A stretch of 64,000 nt of DNA from positions 496,001 through 560,000 of the forward strand of contig OZ251235.1 in assembly GCA_965240325.2 (NCBI GenBank), given 5' to 3'. This document shows, in pieces, positions 44,812 to 55,054 of this stretch; the stretch's first letter is position 1, and every line of letters starts with the position of its first letter. Origin of the DNA: Rebecca billardiae RCC1528 (taxonomy: Eukaryota; Protista; Haptophyta). The position numbers and the translations under genes are program-made. The notes under the pieces are model-generated. The model worked only from the letters and a program-made list of their open reading frames with translations, was not told where the DNA came from and did not search any database.

Positions 44812-47058
44812 TCACGAGTCGAGGGCGTCCACCTCGTCGAGGATCTCGCGCACGCGCGCGCGGATGAAGCCCGCCTCCGGCTCGAGGCCCCGCCGGTGCG
44901 GGTCGCCCGCTCGGTGGCCGGCCGCGCTGCGGATCGGCGCGAGGGTCGCGCGCGTGCCGAGCATCGCCGCCTCCTCGCGCGCGCCGCCGAGCGTGAAGTA
45001 CTTGTCGGTGTCGCACGGCATGAGCAGCACTCGCGCGCGCACGGCGCCGAGCGCGGCGCGCAGGTCGCCCTCCGCGTTGCGCGACACGTCGGCGCTCAGC
45101 CACGTGCCGAGCTGCGCGAGCATGTCGTCCGCGTCCGAGCGCAGGAAGCCGTGCACGTACGAGCTGCGGCCGAAGCTCTCCGCGTCCACGTGCCCGCCGT
45201 CCGTCGGTCCGTACGCGTCTGCGCGCTCGAAGTGGCCCTCCTCGTACCACGGCTCGCCCACGCCCCAGCCGGCGTAGATGCGGGCGAACGCGCGGAGGCC
45301 TGCGGCGGGCATCGCGGTGAAGCGGCCGAGCGCCTCGTCCCACGCCGGGTCGGCCTTGAGCGCGGCGACGAGCGAGTGGATGAACGTCGCGTTCAGCGCG
45401 GAGCAGCGCGCGCCGCCGCACACGACCGCGACCGCGCGGCACGCGTGTGGGTAGCGGACTGCCCACTCGAACGCCTGGAGGCCACCCATGGAGTAACCGT
45501 AGACGAGCCGGAGCTGGCGCGCGCCCGCGCCGCCGCCCACGCGCACGCCGAGCTGCTCCAGCACGGCCGCCTGCGCGCGCACGTTGTCGCCCACCGTCGG
45601 CGGGCCGCCCGGGCCCGAGAAGACGCGCCAGAGGGCCTCGCGGCTGCCAGCGCTCGCGCACGCCGCCGTGGACGGCGAGAGCGACACGCCGTTTCCGAGA
45701 AGGTTCACGGCGACGACGCAGTGCCGGTCGGTGTCGAGCGTGGCGCCCGGGCCGATCTGGTGCTCGAGCTCGGCGTGCACCGCGTCGAAGCTCGTCGGGT
45801 GCAGGATCACGCCGCGGCCGCTCGCCTCCGACGGCGGCGCGCCGTACAGCCGATACGCGACAAACGACCCTTCCGGGAAATGACCGCCGCGCTCTCGCGC
45901 CATGCCCGAGAGGTCGAGCGTGCGCAGCGCGGGGTCGGCGCGCGCGCGGAGCGCGGCGACGCCACCGCGCACCTCGGCGCGCGGGAGCGCGAGCGCCGCG
46001 AGCGCCGAGGGCGAGGCCTCGCCCTCCGCGGCACCACCGCCGCCGCCGCCGCGCGCCGCCGCCTCGGCCGCGCTCGCCTCCGCCGCCCAGCTGCGCGGCG
46101 CCCACAACAGCCGCTCTCGCGCCTTGCGGCTGCAGAGCACAGACGCGTTGCCGTCGAGGGGCGAGCGCTCCTCGAGCGCGGCGAGGCCGAGCGTGTCTCG
46201 CAGCAGATCGCGCGTCTCCACGCCGAAGCGCGTCTCCGGCGCCGCGAGCAGGTACGCCTCGTGCGCGCCCGGCGCCGCCGCCTCGGCGCGCCCGACCGCG
46301 GCGACGTGCGCGGCCACGACGTCGTCCTCGTGGGCGTACGCCCAGAAGACGAGGGGCAAGGGGCGCTCGGCGGTGGGCGGCGCCCAGGGCAGCTCGGCCC
46401 ACTTCTCCGCCTTGATCACGTTCGTGAAGCGCAGGCTGACGAACGACGTCGCCGTCGCCGTGCGCGCCGCCGCCTCGAGCACGAGCTCGCACGCCGCCTT
46501 GGACAGCCCGTAGCTCTCCAGAGGGGACGGCGGGTGCGCCTCGTCGAGCGGCAGGTAGCGCGGGCGGAGGGCCTGCTCGCCCGCGCCCGCGTGGGACCAG
46601 CCCATCGCGAACGCCGAGCTCGAGAAGACCACGCGCTGCGCGCCCGCCCACACGGCCGCGTCGACGACGGCGGCGGTCGAGCCCACGTTGTCGCGCAGCA
46701 GCGCAGGCGGCGACGCGTCCTCAAGGCCGATGACGTCGGCGGCGCGCGCGCCGGCGCCCGTGGCGGCGACGGCGGGGGGCGGCGTTGCCGAGGGCCCGGG
46801 CCAGGCCGCGCAGTGCACCACGGCGTGCACGCCGCCAGCACCGCCCATCGCTGCGCGCAGCGCGTCATGATCCTTGCCCGCGCCATCGGCGGCGGCCGCG
46901 AGGTCGCACGTGACAAACTCGTCCCACGAGGCGGGACCCGCGGGCTCGGGGGCACGGTCGACTCCGACGATAGCGTACTGACCGGTGGCGCGAAGCGCCG
47001 CGGCCACCTTGCCGCCCAGCCGCCCGGCGGCGCCAGTGACGACGACGCGGTGCCGCAT
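44812..47058 (-). CDS. Fusion protein: extended SDR (NAD-dependent epimerase/dehydrogenase) + MetX-like alpha/beta hydrolase, intronless, 748 aa
   Basis: SDR: VTGAAGRLG, VVHCAA, VVFSSS, YGLSK, SLRF. Ala/Gly linker. Hydrolase: LDTDRHCVVAVNLLGNG, GYSMGG (Ser), DTDKYF (Asp), AGHRAG (His). Confidence 0.88.
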   Translation of the reverse strand: MRHRVVVTGAAGRLGGKVAAALRATGQYAIVGVDRAPEPAGPASWDEFVTCDLAAAADGAGKDHDALRAAMGGAGGVHAVVHCAAWPGPSATPPPAVAATGAGARAADVIGLEDASPPALLRDNVGSTAAVVDAAVWAGAQRVVFSSSAFAMGWSHAGAGEQALRPRYLPLDEAHPPSPLESYGLSKAACELVLEAAARTATATSFVSLRFTNVIKAEKWAELPWAPPTAERPLPLVFWAYAHEDDVVAAHVAAVGRAEAAAPGAHEAYLLAAPETRFGVETRDLLRDTLGLAALEERSPLDGNASVLCSRKARERLLWAPRSWAAEASAAEAAARGGGGGGAAEGEASPSALAALALPRAEVRGGVAALRARADPALRTLDLSGMARERGGHFPEGSFVAYRLYGAPPSEASGRGVILHPTSFDAVHAELEHQIGPGATLDTDRHCVVAVNLLGNGVSLSPSTAACASAGSREALWRVFSGPGGPPTVGDNVRAQAAVLEQLGVRVGGGAGARQLRLVYGYSMGGLQAFEWAVRYPHACRAVAVVCGGARCSALNATFIHSLVAALKADPAWDEALGRFTAMPAAGLRAFARIYAGWGVGEPWYEEGHFERADAYGPTDGGHVDAESFGRSSYVHGFLRSDADDMLAQLGTWLSADVSRNAEGDLRAALGAVRARVLLMPCDTDKYFTLGGAREEAAMLGTRATLAPIRSAAGHRAGDPHRRGLEPEAGFIRARVREILDEVDALDS

Positions 47059-47377
47059 CGGCGTGTCCCCGTGTCGTACGTATCGGTGGGGCGTGAACAC
47101 GCGAGCAGTCCGCCTTTGATGCTTTTCCAGCTTGCAAGTCTGAATCGTTTCGGCTCTCAGACTGCCGATTCGGCCGCAGCACTCTGCACTCCAGCAAAAG
47201 CAACTGGAAAAGATTACTTGTTCAGGGTCTTCGCCTTTCGCCGGTCGAGCCTCATTCGCCGCGGGCGGTGATGAATGCCTACAACATGAGTACCGAGTAC
47301 GAACCGATACCGGGTACGGCTTGTACTGGTAGCTGTAGCCGCTTGTCGAGTCGCTCTCGCTCGCCAGCGCGGTCCAG

Positions 47378-48388
47378 ATGCTCCAGGTCGGACGACGTGC
47401 GCTCGCGGTCGGGTGGGCGACGCCTGCGCGCGCCCTGTCGTCGGCGGCGACTCTGCGCAGCCCGTCGCCCGCCTCCTTCGCCGCGCCCCCGCCCCTCCGC
47501 GCGGATCTGCCGCCCGTCGATGCGGAGCGGATCGTGACGCCGGACGTGGCGCAGGCGTTTGCCGCGGACGGCGCCGTCGTGCTGCGCGGCGCGTTTGCCC
47601 AGGGCGGGTGGGTGGAGGCGCTGCGCGCGGCGGCCGAGGACAACATGGCGAATCCAGGGCCGCTGTGCGACGAGCACGCGCAGGCGCAGGGCGCGCCGGG
47701 CCGCTTCCATGACGACCAGTTTCTGTGGCTGAGGCATGACACTTTTCGGCAGTTTGTCACCGCCTCGGGCGCTGCGGCGGTGGCCGCGCGCGCGATGGGC
47801 TCGACGACGGCGCACATCTTCTACGACCAACTTCTCGCGAAAGAGCCGGGCACGATCACGCCCACGCCGTGGCACAACGACACCTCCTACTGGCACCTCT
47901 CGGGCAAGCAGATCTGCTCGATCTGGGTCGCCCTCGACGAGGTGGACGCCGAGGCGGGCGTCGCGTACGTCGCCGGCTCGCACACGTGGGGCCTGCGCCA
48001 CCGCGTGACGAACTTCTCGGGGGACGCGCACTCCGACCGTAACGTCTACGAGGGCGTCGACGGCGCCGACCCTTTCGACCAGCTGCCGGACATCGACGCG
48101 GGCGTCGCGGACGGCTCGCTCCGGCTGCTCAGCTGGGACATGGCGCCTGGTGACGCGCTGCTCTTCGACTCGGCCGCCGTGCACGGCGCGCCTGGCCCGC
48201 GGGCGGGTCTCACCCGCCGCCGCCGCGGGTACGCGACGCGCTGGTGCGGTGACGACGTCCGCTTCGACAGCCGGCCGGGGACGATGGACCAGGGCTGGCG
48301 CGCTGCCGGCTACGACTGCGGCCTGTCGCACGGCGAGCCGATCGCGTCCGGCTTGCACCCAGACGTCCTGGCGATGCGCCGGGCGTGA
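47378..48388 (+). CDS. PhyH-family Fe(II)/2-oxoglutarate dioxygenase with presequence-like N-terminus, intronless
   Basis: DGAVVLRG, KEPG, TPWHND (HxD), SIWVALD, GSH, PGDAL, VHGA, RRRG. Confidence 0.92.
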   Translation: MLQVGRRALAVGWATPARALSSAATLRSPSPASFAAPPPLRADLPPVDAERIVTPDVAQAFAADGAVVLRGAFAQGGWVEALRAAAEDNMANPGPLCDEHAQAQGAPGRFHDDQFLWLRHDTFRQFVTASGAAAVAARAMGSTTAHIFYDQLLAKEPGTITPTPWHNDTSYWHLSGKQICSIWVALDEVDAEAGVAYVAGSHTWGLRHRVTNFSGDAHSDRNVYEGVDGADPFDQLPDIDAGVADGSLRLLSWDMAPGDALLFDSAAVHGAPGPRAGLTRRRRGYATRWCGDDVRFDSRPGTMDQGWRAAGYDCGLSHGEPIASGLHPDVLAMRRA

Positions 48389-48841
48389 GCCGCCAATGTT
48401 GCGCTTGGCGCCGGTGGACGGTGGTACGCCCGGCGGTACGCCGCGCACGCAGCCGGCCGCCAGGCGAGTCGTCGGGCGGTGCCATCGCGCGGAGCACAGC
48501 AACCGAGTTCATGGCCGTCGCCTGGCGAGGGCTGCTAACGGTGTGCCGTGGGCTGCGGTACGACGACCGATGCATGTGCCCGAATGCCACCGCGGTGACC
48601 ACTCACCAGTCACCACGGCTGAGTGGCAGAAAACTACTGAGAAAAAGTGTGTGAGCTGTGGAGTTGATCAAGAGTGCAGGTGTCTGTCTGATGAGTCTGA
48701 GATCCTCGCCTGACCTGATCTGTAGATCATTCGAACGTTCTGAGCCTGAAGATTCCAGCATGATGAATAGTTGCATCACACTTGCGGAAGCGGAAGGCTG
48801 CCCCATCGGGGCGCGAAAAGACGAGGTGAGATCTGGGCGTG

Positions 48842-50182
48842 ATGCCGCCCGCGAACGCGAAGGAGAATGGCCTGCAGCTGGCGAAGATCGCCAGTGAGCA
48901 GGGGATCCAAGCATTCCTGGTGTCTTACCTCGACCTCTTCGGCGTGCAGCGCGCCAAGCTCGTGCCGGCGTCCGCGATCGCGAGCGTCGCCAAAAGCGGC
49001 GCGGGGTTTGCCGGCTTTGCCGCGTACTTTGACTCGACGCCCGCGCACGCCGACCTGCTCGCCTTCCCAGACCCCACCTCTCTGATTCGCCTCCCGTGGA
49101 AGCCCGAGGTGGGCTGGCTCGCCTCCGACCTCTGGATCGACGACAAGCCGTACGCGCAATGCCCGCGACGCGCGCTGCGGCTGCAGCTCGAGGCGGCGCG
49201 CGCGGCCGGCTTCTCGTCGTTCAAGACGGGCGTGGAGGTGGAGTTCATGCTGATCGAGCCCTCGGGCGCGATCGACGCGCGCGACGACGCCAAGAAGCCG
49301 TGCTACGAGATCGGCGCCCTCATGCGCCGGTACGACGTGCTCAAGCAGCTGCTGGACTACTGCGAGCAGCTCGGCTGGGGGCCGTACCAGTGCGACCACG
49401 AGGACGCGAACGGTCAGTTCGAGCTCAACTTCGATTACGCCGACGCGCTCGTGACCGCCGACCGCATCGCGTTCCACAAGCTGATGGTGCGCTCCGTCGC
49501 CGAGCAGCACGGCCTGCGCGCGACCTTCATGCCTAAGCCGTTCGCGGACAAGACTGGCAACGGCGCGCACGTGCACTTCACGCTGCACGCGAGCGCGGGC
49601 GACAAGGAGCGCAACGTGTTCGCCGCGCGGGAGGGCGAGGAGGGCGACGAGTACGGGCTCTCGACCACGGCGCGCCACTTCCTCGGCGGCGTGCTCGAGC
49701 ACGTCACCGGCCTTTCCGCCATCGCCAACCCGACCGTCAACTCGTACAAGCGCCTGGGCGCGGCCGCGCCAGACTCGGGTGCGACCTGGGCACCGACCGT
49801 GGCCTCGCACGGCGGCAACGACCGGACACACGTGATCCGGGTGCCCGACGCGCCGCGGTACGAGCTGCGCCTTGCCGACATGGCGTCGCACCCGTACCTG
49901 CTGCCCGCCGCCCTGCTCGCCGCGGGGCTCGACGGCCTGGCGCGCAAGCTCGAGCCGCCGCCGCGCGCCAAGGTGGCCGCGTGGGCGCTGGACCCGGCCG
50001 AGGCGAAGGCGCTGCCGTCCAACCTGCTCGACGCGTTGCGCGCGTTCGAGGCGGACGAGGTGCTGCGGCAGAAGGTGGGCGTGGAGATGTGCGCCGCGCT
50101 GCACAAGCTGCGCATGAAGCAGTGGCGCGAGTACACGATGCACCTCACGGCCTGGGAGCTGGAGACCGGCCTCGACATCTAA
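48842..50182 (+). CDS. gmaS: GlnT/GmaS-type glutamate-amine ligase (gamma-glutamylmethylamide synthetase-like), intronless
   Basis: DLFGVQRAKLVPA, GAGFAGFA, LPWKPEVGWLASD, GVEVEF, DHEDANGQFE, FMPKPF, GNGAHVH, NSYKR, NDRTH, YELR and the WE...LD* C-terminus are characteristic of proteobacterial glnT/gmaS. Substrate is inferred. Confidence 0.85.
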   Translation: MPPANAKENGLQLAKIASEQGIQAFLVSYLDLFGVQRAKLVPASAIASVAKSGAGFAGFAAYFDSTPAHADLLAFPDPTSLIRLPWKPEVGWLASDLWIDDKPYAQCPRRALRLQLEAARAAGFSSFKTGVEVEFMLIEPSGAIDARDDAKKPCYEIGALMRRYDVLKQLLDYCEQLGWGPYQCDHEDANGQFELNFDYADALVTADRIAFHKLMVRSVAEQHGLRATFMPKPFADKTGNGAHVHFTLHASAGDKERNVFAAREGEEGDEYGLSTTARHFLGGVLEHVTGLSAIANPTVNSYKRLGAAAPDSGATWAPTVASHGGNDRTHVIRVPDAPRYELRLADMASHPYLLPAALLAAGLDGLARKLEPPPRAKVAAWALDPAEAKALPSNLLDALRAFEADEVLRQKVGVEMCAALHKLRMKQWREYTMHLTAWELETGLDI

Positions 50183-50848
50183 GCGCCCGGCCAGCTCGGC
50201 GCTCCTCGAGTGCACTGCGCGTGCGCGTGCGCACCGAGCCGCTCTGCCCGGCACTGCCTGAACAGTCGGCCCGCACAGCGCCGTCGTGCATGCCTGCCGC
50301 CTGGCTGCGCACGGACGCGGCGTGTCCGGGTGCGCCCCGCTGGCCGCGGCTCGTCCCCGCTCTCTCCCCGTCTCACGCGGATTCCCGCCGATCGTCAGAG
50401 CGGCGGCCTTGCTGAGTCGAGTGCGTCTCACGACTACGAGTCGACGATGCGGTCCTCGGGACTCGACGGGAGGCTGCGGAGCCCGCTTCACCATGCATAA
50501 ATGACGGTGGCGACTGTTACATATACCTGACAGTGACATCAGATTCCAGCAATGGTTCTGGAAGGCTCTCAGGCTGTGAGTAGCAATAATCGGTGTAGGG
50601 TTGACCGTGAGCCCGGTGGTTCTCGTAGCCCGTGTCCGAGTGACGCGCGTGACAACCCACGACGGCACGAGGCACGATTCGCGAGGCGGGTTGGTTTGCC
50701 CGTTGCAACGCGAGCAGCCTTCTGGCGGAATTTCTGAAATTCGTTCCAGTTTTCCTGATCGCCGCATTTTTTCGCGCGCGTCATCGACGAACTGGACGAC
50801 GCGCGGTGGCGGCGGCGAGCGAGCGCCCACGCTCGTCCACTGCTCACG

Positions 50849-52585
50849 ATGCAGCGACCTCATCCGCTCGCGTCGCACGAGCAGGGTGACCATCCGCTCG
50901 CTCCCTCGACCATCGCCACGAGCCTCCCGCCAGCAGCTTCAGCAGGTGGGCCGCCCACGCCGTCGTGTGGCGGCCCGGCGCAGCAGCCGGCAGCGGGTGG
51001 CACCGCGCTTGCAGCGACCACTGCTGTCGAGCAGTTCCTCGGGCGCTCGTTCCAGTGGCGCAAGCCGACGGAGCAGACGGTCAGCGCGGACATGAAAGGA
51101 CTGGATACGCTCGCTACCTCCGGGGCGTGGCACGCCACCATCAAGCTGGCCGACCGCCTCGTCGGCAGTGCGCAGCCTCACCACCGGCTCCTCATCCGGC
51201 TGTACAAGATGGTGGCGCTGCTCAAGGTGCGCCAGTTCCGCGTGGCGGTGGAGGAGATGGCCTCGATGGGCGATGCCGAGGCGGAGGAGTACCAGTTCGA
51301 GCGGCATGCCGAGCTCTACCCCGACCGAACCGGTGCGCCGCGCCACACGTGCACGCGCCGGCCGCGATGCCCGCGCGCGCCTGGGTGGGATCGCTGGCAG
51401 CAGCCGCATGCACGGGTGCTGGCAGTGGCGGCGGTGCTTCAGCCATCCGACTGGACTGGCGGGCACCCGCGCAGCCGCCCAAGCACCCCTGGCGCGCGGC
51501 CGTTGCCTCAGCCCGCGAGCCGGCGCGCATCCGCCCGCAGCAGCCGGTGAGGTGTGTCGCCCGCGCGTCGCATCATCCACCTCATGGCAGCACACGCCTG
51601 CGCCGCCCCTCCGCGTGCACCCCCTGTCCATCAGGCTCGATGGTGCCCTTTGCGCTGCACATCCTACGGGCGCAGCTGCCGTACTACATGGGCGACACGG
51701 CCACGGCGCTGGACGCCCTCCTCGCCCTGGTGGCGCGGTGCGACTCTGCACGGCAGCTGCGAGAGGGCTCTCGCGCGCACGCGGCCGCCTCGGCAGGGCT
51801 CGGTGGGGCTGAGGAGGAGGGGCCCACGGAGACGGGCTTCGACCATCCGCACAACGAGCGCGCGGCGAAGCTGGCCCTAGCGAACCTCCACATCGTGCGC
51901 GGCGACGTCGAGCTGGCGATCGCGCTGCTGAGCGAGCTTGCTGCCAGGCGCGCAGACGACCTCGCACTCATGTCCATGCTTGGACGCTTGCACCTGCAGG
52001 TGGGCGCGCGCAGCTGAGCGCCGTGCCCGCGCGCGGTGCGCGTGCGCACGGCCGCCGTCCGGCGGACGCGCTCCGCGCCGCCCGCCTTCTCGCGCCGCGC
52101 GCCCCTCAGCGCCCCCCGCCCCCGCCCCCGCCCGGCCCGGCCCGCAGCTGGGAGACGTGTCCTCGGCTGAAGACGTGTTCGACCGGCTCGAGTGCGCCGT
52201 GCCCGACTGCGACGCGAGCGGCGAGGTGCGCACCAACCGCGGCTTCTTTGCGATGGCGCAGGGGAACTACGCGCTCGCGCGCGACGAGTTCGACGCCGCG
52301 CTCGCCTCGGGCGCCCCCGGTGTCGTCGCCGCGAACAACCGCGCAGTGTGCTCGCTGTACCTCTGCCAGCTGACCGACGCGGTCGCGTCCCTCGAGGAGT
52401 TCCTCCGGACAGACCCGGTGGCGCACCTGCAGCCGACGCTCGTGTCCAACCTCTTCGCGCTGTACGAGCTGCAGAGCGACCACGCTGCGGTGCACAGGCG
52501 CGCGATCGAGCAGCTCGCCGCGCTTGTCGCGCCGGATGACTTCGACCTGCGATCGTATTCAGCCGGCGGCGGCAGCGTCTCGTGA
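50849..52585 (+). CDS. TRAPPC12: Trafficking protein particle complex subunit 12 (introns 51333-51634, 52000-52147)
   Basis: ELYPDRT|GSMVPFALHILRAQLPYYMG signature, C-terminal TPRs, NNRAVCSLY, NL..LYEL. Confidence 0.9.
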
Positions 52586-52897
52586 CGCGCCTCAGACTCA
52601 GTCTCAGAGTCAGGCCTTCACTCACTCAGACCCAGTACTACGTCTGTACCCCGGTCAGTACTCGATCTCGTGCGACAGCCGACAGTGCAGTACTCACTAC
52701 TCAGTAGTCGATCGTAGGACTTTGATGACGACATACAATGATCGACAATCGACTTTCCGCGGACCGACGGGCCGCGCGGATGGCCGGATGGGCTCGCCGG
52801 CTCGCGTCGGCGTCGCGGCCCGGCGTCGTCGTCATCAATTTTATTGATATGATGAGTAGCAGCATCATCACATGCAATGACAATCCTGTCGGTATAG

Positions 52898-54973
52898 TTA
52901 CACGCCCAGGCCCAGGGAGCCTGGCAGTGCTGACAGCGCCTGACTCGTCGAGGAGACGCTGCTCGACGACACAATCCCCTCGGATCCCCAATCGTGGCCG
53001 ATCTCGAGCGGGTTCAGGAGGGCGCCGCCTGTGTCGAACGGCACGCCGGCGGGGTGCAACTTGGGCTCGCGCCAGCGCTGCCCGAGCGCTTCGGCCCAGC
53101 CGAGGCCACCGGCGCACGTGTAGTGGTCCATGCCCGGCGAGCGAGCGCCCGGGCGGTCCTTGAGCTGCTGGTGCGCGCCGGACTGCACGAGCATCGTGTA
53201 CAGCATGGGGTCGCGCTCGAGGACGGACGCGCGCTGGTGCTGAAAGCGCAGCAGCCTGGCGTTCGACCGGGAAGGACGGTAGCCCGTGCACGCCCACGCC
53301 ACCGCGTCGTCGACCCAGCGCCTGCTGCGGCCTCCCAGCGCGATGCTCCGTGCCGCGTTCAGCTCGAACAGCAGCACATCGCACGCGCTCAGCGAGGGCA
53401 CGGGCTCGCTCGCCGCGACTGCGGCGGTCGGCATGCCGGAGCGCCAACGGCCGTCAGCATCCTTCCACAGGGCGAAGGCGAAGGGCGCGCGCTTGGACTC
53501 GGCGCGGAAGCTCAGCCGCACGCAGAGGCCACCGGCAGAATCGCCGCCGCTCACAACCGTGGCCTTGAAGCCCGCGCGGCGGCACAGCTCGGCTGCAAGC
53601 GGCACGACCGCCGGCTGCGCCACCCTCGGGTGCGTGTCGAGCAGTCGGCCGAGCGGCCCTCGGGCCTCGGTGCGCGCGCTGCCGCCGAGTGTGCCCGTGC
53701 GCCCGGAGGTGAGCGCGTTCGGCTCGGTGAGCAGCTTGTCGATCACGATGCACGGCAGCGCGCGCAGGGCCTCCTCCTCGCCGCCCCAGCTCTCAGCGCT
53801 CTGGCGGATCTCGTTGAACTCCGCGCCCACCGTGGCGGCGAGCCGGTCCATCTCCGCCAGCAGTGCGGCGGGCTCGGCGAACGGGTCGTCCCAGGTGCCG
53901 AGCACAAGCGCGCCGCACTCCACTGGGCAGTCCCGGCCGTTCGCGCAGAGCGCGGCAAGGCCCAGCCCCTCGAGACGGCACCAGTCGCGCCGCCGGACAT
54001 CGCGCGTCACGCACAGCGCAAATGCGCGTGCCAGCTTGTACCTCCGGCTCGGCGCTCGCATCTGCGAAGGCCCGCCGGCGGGGCCCGCCCACGACGGCGG
54101 CTCGACGAGCAGCGGCTCGCGCGTGCGCTCGCCCGCCAGCCCGCGCAGCGCCTCCCACACCTGCTCGCCTGCCGCGCGCACGAGCCTCGGCCCGAGCGCG
54201 CCCACTGCGGCGCTGAGGTCGTCCGGCTCGAACAGCGGCGGGGCTTCGCCGGCGGTGGTGAGCGGCGCGTCGGCGGACGCGGGGGGCATGGGCTCGTCGA
54301 AGAGCTCGGCGTACGCCCGCCGAACCTCGCGCACGGCGAGCGCGTCGAGCACGTGCCGCCGCGCAAACTCCGCCTTCCAGACCAGAGCGCGCCCGCCCTG
54401 CGCGACCACGCCTGCGACGCGCCGGTGCCGCAGGTTGGCCGGCCGAACGCGCACGCCGCGCAGGCGCGCGACGCGTGCGGCCGCCCCGAGGTCCTCGTTG
54501 GAGCCGTCCGACCACGGCTTCTCCGGGAGAAGGCACACCTCGAGCCACGCGCGAGACTCATCGCCGAGAACGGACTGCGGGCTGAGCACGAGCGCGTGAC
54601 GGCCCTCAAACTGCGGCTTGTTGGCGAGGCCGTGGATCGTCACGAGGGCGCCTGGTGGGAGTTCATCGGCGGACTCCGGCGTGGATGCGAGCATGTCGCC
54701 CACGGGGCACAGCGCCGCAAACGCTCGGTAGCGTGGCCACTGGGCGGCGAGCTGATGCCGAGGGCGCGGGAGCTGCCATGTGCGCGCGCACAGAGCTGCC
54801 CACAAGTGCTCGTCGCAGGCGAGCTCGCGCAGCCGGCGGCACGCGCAGCACACGCGACACAGCGCCAGCGGATCTAATTTGCGCAGCCACTGCAGCGTGA
54901 TGTCATCGGACAATTCGATGAGAGACATCGGTGTCGGGCAGGCGGCCCGGTCATCCCCCAAGGGAGCCACCAT
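52898..54973 (-). CDS. F-box protein, possibly FBXO21-like
   Basis: LIELSDDITLQWLRKLDPLALCRVCCACRRLRELACDEHLW F-box; VECGALVLG..DP...LLAEMDRLA segment resembles FBXO21/SirB1. Start uncertain (54928-55015). Confidence 0.7.
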   Translation of the reverse strand: MVAPLGDDRAACPTPMSLIELSDDITLQWLRKLDPLALCRVCCACRRLRELACDEHLWAALCARTWQLPRPRHQLAAQWPRYRAFAALCPVGDMLASTPESADELPPGALVTIHGLANKPQFEGRHALVLSPQSVLGDESRAWLEVCLLPEKPWSDGSNEDLGAAARVARLRGVRVRPANLRHRRVAGVVAQGGRALVWKAEFARRHVLDALAVREVRRAYAELFDEPMPPASADAPLTTAGEAPPLFEPDDLSAAVGALGPRLVRAAGEQVWEALRGLAGERTREPLLVEPPSWAGPAGGPSQMRAPSRRYKLARAFALCVTRDVRRRDWCRLEGLGLAALCANGRDCPVECGALVLGTWDDPFAEPAALLAEMDRLAATVGAEFNEIRQSAESWGGEEEALRALPCIVIDKLLTEPNALTSGRTGTLGGSARTEARGPLGRLLDTHPRVAQPAVVPLAAELCRRAGFKATVVSGGDSAGGLCVRLSFRAESKRAPFAFALWKDADGRWRSGMPTAAVAASEPVPSLSACDVLLFELNAARSIALGGRSRRWVDDAVAWACTGYRPSRSNARLLRFQHQRASVLERDPMLYTMLVQSGAHQQLKDRPGARSPGMDHYTCAGGLGWAEALGQRWREPKLHPAGVPFDTGGALLNPLEIGHDWGSEGIVSSSSVSSTSQALSALPGSLGLGV

Positions 54974-55054
54974 GGACACCGGACTTCCGGCAGCAGCACC
55001 CGGACATCGGCACATCGTACTCGCGAGCGGAACCGCAGTGGCGCGCGCGCAGCG

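Noticed and set aside
47059-47817. N-terminal 250-aa extension of the 1001-aa ORF 44812..47817
   Set aside because: It is the antisense shadow of the PhyH gene plus the intergenic gap; the SDR fold starts at the ATG at 47058.
44812-50182. Bacterial contamination as the explanation of the intronless cluster
   Set aside because: It is contiguous with intron-containing genes, has similar codon style and stuttered AT-rich spacers, has a presequence-like leader on PhyH, and shows no operon-like spacing. Read-level confirmation is still advisable.
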